This document shows positions 56,780-64,000 of a stretch of DNA of 64,000 bases, in pieces. The stretch comes from Eledone cirrhosa (Eukaryota). Position numbers and translations under genes: made by a program. The notes under the pieces are model-generated. The model was given only the letters and a program-made list of their open reading frames with translations, had not been told where the DNA came from and ran no database searches. The stretch lies in the NCBI GenBank assembly GCA_964016885.1, contig OZ024741.1:273234001-273298000 (forward strand), given 5' to 3'. The number at the start of each line of letters is the position of its first letter. Position 1 is the stretch's first letter.

Positions 56780-58289
56780 ACTATAATAGCAGGCCCCCCG
56801 CTTGCAAAACCCACCGCCTTAGCAACTCATTGATACCCTTCACAAGCCTTTTCTCAAACACATCAAAAGCTATATAAGGGACGACCTAGATATGCTCAAT
56901 CACCTCCCTAATATGCCCCTTACTGAACAAACCCTAGTTCGATGTAGTCAACCTATACCCCAACATCCCCTAGAAGCTATCCAATTCTGGCTGGATAATT
57001 ACCACAATGAACTCCCACAACGCATCAAAAAAGAATTCGTGTTAGGACTCAAATTTATCTTGGAGAACAATTACTTCGTTTTCAATAACAAATCCTACAG
57101 GCAGAAATCTGGGACCGCTATGGGAACGAAAACGGCCCCCACTTACACCAACCTAGTCATGGGATACCTGGAAATCACCCTCTACACTAAAGTACTAAAC
57201 AAATTTGGAAACACTCTCCACTTACACATAGAAAAGAACTGGAAGCGATATCTAGATGACTGCTTCATCCTTTGACACGAAAACATCGAGAAACTTAAAG
57301 AATTTCACACCCTTATACTTTACGATGGAATACAGCCATCAACAACTCCCCTTCCCCGACATCCTCATTAAGATTCATAACAAAAAAAAAAGAAACAGAC
57401 ATATACTACAAGCCCACAGACTCCAAACAATTTCTTCCTTTCAATTCTTGCCACCCTAGACATGTTAAAATTAATATTCCCTACAACTTAGCCAAGAGAA
57501 TCTGTACTATAGTCTCCAATAAAAACACCTGTTACTTACGGCTACAAGAACTAAAGGACACACTCATAAGCAGGGACTACGCTGCATCACTAATTGACAA
57601 TGGAATCCAACGTGCCCTAAAACTCAGTACCCAGGACCTTAGACACCCTAAAGTAAATCAACTGAAACTAAAAGCTCTTCCATACATCTCCACACACAAC
57701 CCCCTCAACAATGAGGCCTTTGACACCATCCTCCAGAACATCCCTGTGTTAAAAAAGGACCATAGAAGGAATCAAATCCTTCGAACACACGATATCATAA
57801 AGAGCAAAAGACAATCTAAGTCAATGAAAAACATCCTAACACATGCCAAAGTACTGCCAACCACAATAACGAAACCCACAGTAAAGAAAATGCGATAGAC
57901 CCAACTGTGGCATATGCATCAACTTAATAGAGGGTTCGGAATTCTATTTCAAAGAAGGACAACATTTTATAGCAAAACACAATTTCACATGCGCATCAGA
58001 AAATCTAATATATGTATTAACTTGCTCAGGTTGTCGAGAACAATACATAGGCCAGACTAAAAACAGCCTCTGCCAACGCATGACTGTCCATAGATCCCAA
58101 ATTAAAATATGGGAATACAGGAAAATACCACTGAGTGAACTCATTGATACCTGTGCCGCCCAAAATCATCCCAACTTTAGAATCTTTCCCCTCTACAAAT
58201 TTAAAGATAATGCCACCCACACCCAGCGCATCAGCAAGGAATCTTACTTTATTAACAAATACGGACCCCGTCTACACACTTCTCCCTAA
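56780..58289 (+). mobile_element. Degenerate Penelope-like retroelement (RT + GIY-YIG endonuclease), 5'-truncated
   Basis: RT motifs YRQKSGTAMGTKTAPTYTNLVMGYLE and WKRYLDDCF; CxxC linker (NCGICINL); GIY-YIG NLIYVLTCSGCREQYIGQT...QRMTVHRSQI...KESYFINKY. Stops and frameshifts present. Confidence 0.9.
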
Positions 58290-59038
58290 GACGAACCCAC
58301 AACATACACACGTCAACATACATACCTACATCAGCATACATCCTACATACATTTCTATCCGCATATAAACACAATGACATACGTAAACACACATGTTCTA
58401 TGGTGCAACACAAATATACACAAATTTGCATACCTTTTGATGTCTATAGATATAAACGTGCCGACACACACACACATACATATACGCACACACGTATTGC
58501 ATATTGATGGGCACATACATATTTGCACACAAGTATCCCATACGGCAGGGCCTAATGGATTCCCCTTGCAGTACGTACAATCTGGACACTCACACACACC
58601 TTGGTCTTATGACAATACTATACATGATTTCACCTCTTTTATTATTGATGTTTTTGATGTTCTTTTGAGGGAATCGCTTTTGCCAATTACTGAAAATATC
58701 AAATAATGTACACCATTTTTACCAGTACTACAAAAATACTGGTCGGTCGGTCGGTCGGTCGGTCGGTCGGTCGGTCGGTCGGTCGGTCGCCCACCCACCC
58801 ACCCACCTCCGTATAAGACAAGAGCTGAGAAACATGTTTCAACATGTTAAAATATCCCCCACACACGTACACACACACATTCCTACTGACCGATTCATTC
58901 CCTCTACCAGGAACCACTGTCACCCCCCCCCCCCACACACACACGTCGTAATAGACACCTGAACTGTTGACCTTTCAACATGACTGCAACTCACACACAC
59001 ATCCCTACTGACCATTATCACAACAATGAACCTCTTTA

Positions 59039-59070
<32 letters not shown>

Positions 59071-61593
59071 TTGTCTTAATAGACATGTTTTTCAGTGACT
59101 TCTCAACATGGCTGCAACTCAATCAAGCGAAAATTTGGCGCCAAACCAGTTCGCGCTAAAATCAATTTTTAACATTCACGTGACCTCTACCGACCAATCA
59201 AAATTGTTTTGACTACAAGAATTTTTGCAACACGAATTGGCACTAAATTTATAATACTTATTCACGTGACATTCAACAACCAACCAAATCTTAATACCTC
59301 TGGAGCCACTTTTTTCACATAAAACAGGAAGAATTTCCAAAACTGATCAGATTAGAGCAAACATCACGAGCGCTCTATCTCAAAATTATTTTTGAAAAGC
59401 ATTAGAAATGTGCAACTGGTAAAAACTTAAAACTAAAACTGAATACTAACCAATACATATTACTAATTTATACTTATTCCTAATTAAACTATTTTTCACT
59501 GGGAAAAATTTGTTAGCATTTTCTTTTCCTTTTTATATCACAACTCGTGTCACACCTCCATTAAAAAAAAAAATATACATATACATATAGACACACACTG
59601 TTGTTCCCCTGTATTCGCAGGGTTATGTTTGTAGAGTACTCATGAAGAGTGAAAAACCGCGAATATTGAATTTGGTCCATAAAAATGCCTATAAACGTCA
59701 AAACATAACGTAAAATATAGGCTGGCAAATATGGTATATCTATCTATCTATATAATACTAAAAGCCTGTGATTGCTTGATTAGAACGGGTCACAGGCGGT
59801 CTAGTTGTTATTAATAATTCAGCATTAAAAAACATGAAAAAATATTTATTGCCACAAAAAACCCATAAAAAATTGCAGAAGATATTTACGATTCCACAAA
59901 TATTTGGTGGTTTCCATGAACAACTTTTAGTTAGGCTCTAAAGAAAATTCTGCGAATGTCATGTGTACATTGAGTGTGTGTGTGTGTGTATATTATCATC
60001 ATCATCATCATTTTACGTCCGCTTTTCCCTGCTTAAATACAACTTCTACTTTATATATATATATATATATATAAAGTAGAAGTTGTATTTAATTTGTTGG
60101 AGGAAGTCCGACAAACATAAATGTGTATAACTGATTTAGAGCACTCAACAGTTTACTGGAGTAAATATTCAATGATATTAAATAAGTGGAAACTATATTT
60201 ATAAAACCATATTTATTTTATTTTAATAAAATAAATATGGTTTTATATTTTATTTTAATAAAATAAATATGGTTTTATAAATATAGTTTCCACTTATTTA
60301 ATATCATTGTATGTATATATATATATATATAATTTGTAATATTTTTACATAGATCTTAAACATGATATACATACCAATACACATATACATCCCAGAAACG
60401 ATCGTAAAATGATGAATTTTTTTATATAAGGAACTTGTTCTTTGTTTTTATTTAATTGTTTTTATTAATTCATCTTGACTCTGTTTTCCTATGATTTTTA
60501 TCGTAAATTTTTGAATGCATCTTCTCTTTTCATGATATCTTCTATATTTGGATTACATTGAGTTCTTCATACGGATTGGACACTACCGTATACTTTGGTA
60601 GATTTATATATATATATATAGAGAGAGGAAAATGTTTGACCTCGACGGCAGAGCTGCTCAAGCCGTTTTGACTGCTATTTCTGGACTAAATGTTTACAAG
60701 AAATTTTGACCAATCCTCCATAACTACAATCTTCCCATATAAGGAATTACCCCTTGAAAAGTTTGGCTATTTATTTACCACGCTAAAAATTCTAATTTAG
60801 TCCAGAAATAGCCGTCGAAACGGCTTGAGCTCTGCCGTCGGGGTCATACTTTTTCCTATTACCCACTCTACTACCCTAAGTATTGAGTACTCTGGTGCGT
60901 TATGGTCCATCTGGTTCCTTACCACACCTCCTTCTTTATATATATATATATATATATATATATCCATGCTAGTGTGGAAGATAGACGTTAAACGATGATA
61001 ATGATATATATTACATATGATCATACTAGCCAAGAGTAATAATAAGGGTTTCTACTTTAGGTAGCAATAAGAAAGGGAAGGAAAAGTCGTTCAAATTGAC
61101 CCAGTGCATGACTGGTACTTTATTTTGTTCATCTTGTAAGGATGAAAGGCAAAACTAACCTTGCTGGGATTTGAACTCAGAACGTAAAGGAATGCAACCC
61201 AATACCACAAAGCATGGTGTCAGAAGCTCTACCTATAAGAGTAATAATGGTTTCTGATATATATATATATATATATATATAACATATCATCATATTACCC
61301 AAGAGTAATAATAATTGCTTCTACATTTGGCACAAGGCCAGCAATTTGAAGGGCAGGGGAAAGTCAATTAAATCTGCCCCAGTGTATTACTGGTACTTTA
61401 TTTTATTGACTCTATAAGGATGAAAGGCAAAGTTAATCTCAGTGGGATTTGAACTCGGAATGTAAAGGGCCATAACTCTGTGCTTCAATCCATATTGCCT
61501 GATGCTCTGCCGATTCAGTAAATCCACAATAATGTAAGTTTCCTGTCCTCACGTATATGTTGAATAAATATATATTTGCTTTTTTTATTTCAG

Positions 61594-61735
61594 AGCCGAT
61601 GGGATGCTGCGACATCATGTGATAACACAGAGTGATGGGTTGTATTATCTAGACAAACAACCCTATCCTTACCTTGATTCTATCGTACTTTACCACAAGA
61701 AACATAAACTTCAAGGCATCAAATTAACACAACAG
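61594..61735 (+). CDS. SH2 exon, C-terminal half of the domain (ADGMLRHHVITQSDGLYYLDKQPYPYLDSIVLYHKKHKLQGIKLTQQ)
   Basis: Acceptor ttttttatttcag|A, donor CAG|gtaaat, 142 nt, in frame with the previous exon. HHVI...DGLYYL...Y..LDSIVLYH...L matches SH2 betaD to alphaB and betaG. Confidence 0.88.
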
Positions 61736-62599
61736 GTAAATATTTAACTCTTTCATTATGATGAAAAACATCAGTCAAAGGGTGGAGGAACTCAGTTTTC
61801 TTTTGTTGCTTTTTGTGTGTAGTGAGAGACTCCTAGACTTCATTAAGACATCCCTCTAGGTGAAGGTCACTCTGATATAAAATCTGTGACTTCGTTTGTA
61901 TCCAATGATCATGATCATCATCATCATCATCATCATTGTTTAACATCTATCTTCCACGCTAGCATGGGTTTAGACGGTAATTGTTCCACTTGAGGCAAGA
62001 TTGGTCGGGTGACTGTGTCTCGCTCGTATAGGACTATCTGGCAGGTTTTCTACGGCTGGGTGCCCTTCCTAACACCAACCACATTTACAGTGTGGACTGG
62101 GAGCTTTACCGATTCTAACCCTTTCATTACCACATTTCTAATAAAAGACAATGTCTATGTCATTAACATATTTCTATTGAAAGACACTGCTTATGTCTTT
62201 AAAATAATTTTGAACATAATCAAGAATTTGGAGGGATTTAGTTACATTACTTTTTCATTATTAAAATGATATTTGGAACATAACTTAAAGTTTCTTAGAT
62301 AAAATTATAGGGACTTGTTGTTTATAAATGTGTTGTTTAGTCTGAGATCATCCCTAATCTAAAACACCCGTGATCAAAGGTATTCCATATAAATTAGCTG
62401 TGCTGGTACCACAATAAAATGCACTTAGTACACTCTGTAAAGTGGTTGACATTAAGAAGGGCATCCAGTCGTAAAAGCCATGCCAAATTATGGAATGTAT
62501 GCACATGATGTGGTCCTCTGATCATGTATTGCCATGTAACCATGATGGACCTGTCCAACCCATGAAAGCATAGAAATTATTTGTATGACAATGATGATG

Positions 62600-63285
62600 A
62601 CGATGATCAAGATATATGTTAACGATGATGATGACCATGATGATGTGACCACGATGATGATGACCATGATGATGATATGATGTGATGTGATATGACAAGA
62701 TGTGCTGTGACAAGATGTGGTGTGATGTGGTGTGACATGATGTGGTGTGACATGATGTGGTGCGATATGTGATGTGATGACGTGATGTGACATGACATGT
62801 GATGTGACATGGTGTGATGTGATGACATGATGTGATGTGGTGTGACATGATGTGATGTGGTGTGCCAAGATGTGACGTGACAGGATGTGGTGTGATGTAA
62901 TGATATGGTGTGGTGTGACATGATGTGATGACATGTGGTGTGATGTGGTGTGACATGATGTGATGTGGTGTGATGGGACGTGATGTGACATGTGATGTGG
63001 TGTGACATGATGTGGTGTCATATGGTGTATGACTTGATATTACATATGTGATGTGATTTGTGGTGTGTTGTGATGATGATGCTATGATGATGATGATATG
63101 ATGATGATGCTGTGATGTGATGTAATGACGATGATGATGAAATGATGTTATAATGATAACAACAATAATAATATGAGAAGATGGTGATGTTATGTGATGA
63201 TGACGATATGAGTATGTGATGATGTAATGATGATAATGATATGAGATGATAATGATACAATGATATGATGCTGATATGATATGAC
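62600..63285. repeat. (GATGT)n/(GAT)n degenerate satellite
   Basis: Seen directly; continues from a (GAT)n retroelement tail. Confidence 0.9.
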
Positions 63286-63360
63286 GGTTTAGCTGAAAAA
63301 GTTTACTAAATAACAATAACCAGGGATATTGATATTTTCAATAATTTAATCTATTTTCAG

Positions 63361-63486
63361 GCTCCGTTGAGTGCAAGGGTGGTAAAATGTTTTGCTTCAA
63401 GGTTTGTTGCCAATAATGGAAATATTCTGCCAAAAAATGGTGAAGACAAAAACAAAATGCTTGATGAGACATTATCTCGTTTGTAA
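63361..63486 (+). CDS. Terminal coding exon (APLSARVVKCFASRFVANNGNILPKNGEDKNKMLDETLSRL*)
   Basis: Acceptor ctattttcag|GCT in phase 0, matching the previous donor; 41 codons then TAA; unique sequence follows as a likely 3'UTR. Confidence 0.75.
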   Translation, partial: APLSARVVKCFASRFVANNGNILPKNGEDKNKMLDETLSRL

Positions 63487-64000
63487 AGAGGTTGCTATGA
63501 CTGAGTGACTGTGAGTGTGTGCCTCTGTGTGTATGTTAGGATGTATATATGTGTGATGAACATTCTTAAACTTTTCTTTTTTCTTAATCTGTAATCATAA
63601 TATAATTATTTTTTCACTCGTTGTTTGTTGCTTATTTAAAAACCCTTTAAAAAATGCCAATCCATCCGTGACCATCAATACTGAAGTGTAATATTTAAGT
63701 TAAAATCTTTATGGAAATGATATCATCGGACTTCAGTTGGCCATCAGTAGAATACTATATATATATATACACCAGTTGGTTAACAGAGTTTGGAAAGAAA
63801 TGAAGTTTCTATGCTCCAATATATGTGAAATTATAATATACATGAAGAGCAAAGCATAAATGAACTGGGAGAGAAACTGAGCATGAGGGAGATCAGATAC
63901 AGTGTACAGGAGAGGAAATTGTGGTAGTATGGACAGGTGATGTGTATGAAGGATTACAGCTGTATAAAAAAGGTGCATGGTGCTCAAAGTTGATGGAAGC

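Noticed and set aside
62488-63316. His-rich ORFs
   Set aside because: Translations of (GATGT)n/(GAT)n satellite.

Overview
This is a eukaryotic, very AT-rich window saturated with microsatellites. Its repeat content (a tRNA-headed SINE with an ...TTTGCCTTTCATCCTTACGGGGTCGATAAAATAAAGTACCAG core, plus RTE, CR1, Penelope and Helitron remnants) points to an octopus or other coleoid cephalopod; this is inferred from recalled repeat families. Almost all ORFs in the supplied track are microsatellite artefacts. Manual reading gave two main results. (1) A 4-exon + strand gene model (19269-19330, 53373-53489, 61594-61735, 63361-63486; all GT-AG with compatible phases) encodes a 148-aa protein. It has an N-myristoylation-type start (MGVGLTKRK), a single SH2 domain whose normally invariant FLVR arginine is replaced by Tyr, and a C-terminal -SRL. 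(2) At least eight sequence-distinct families of short non-coding repeats carry minimal type I hammerhead ribozyme (HHR) cores, including a U3-A8 covariant. They mostly sit inside (TA)n tracts and often form fold-back palindromes. A degenerate Penelope-like RT + GIY-YIG element is also present and is a candidate for the type of partner that mobilises them. There is a 200-N assembly gap at 51627-51826. All folds and translations were done by eye and no database searches were run; repeat boundaries are approximate.
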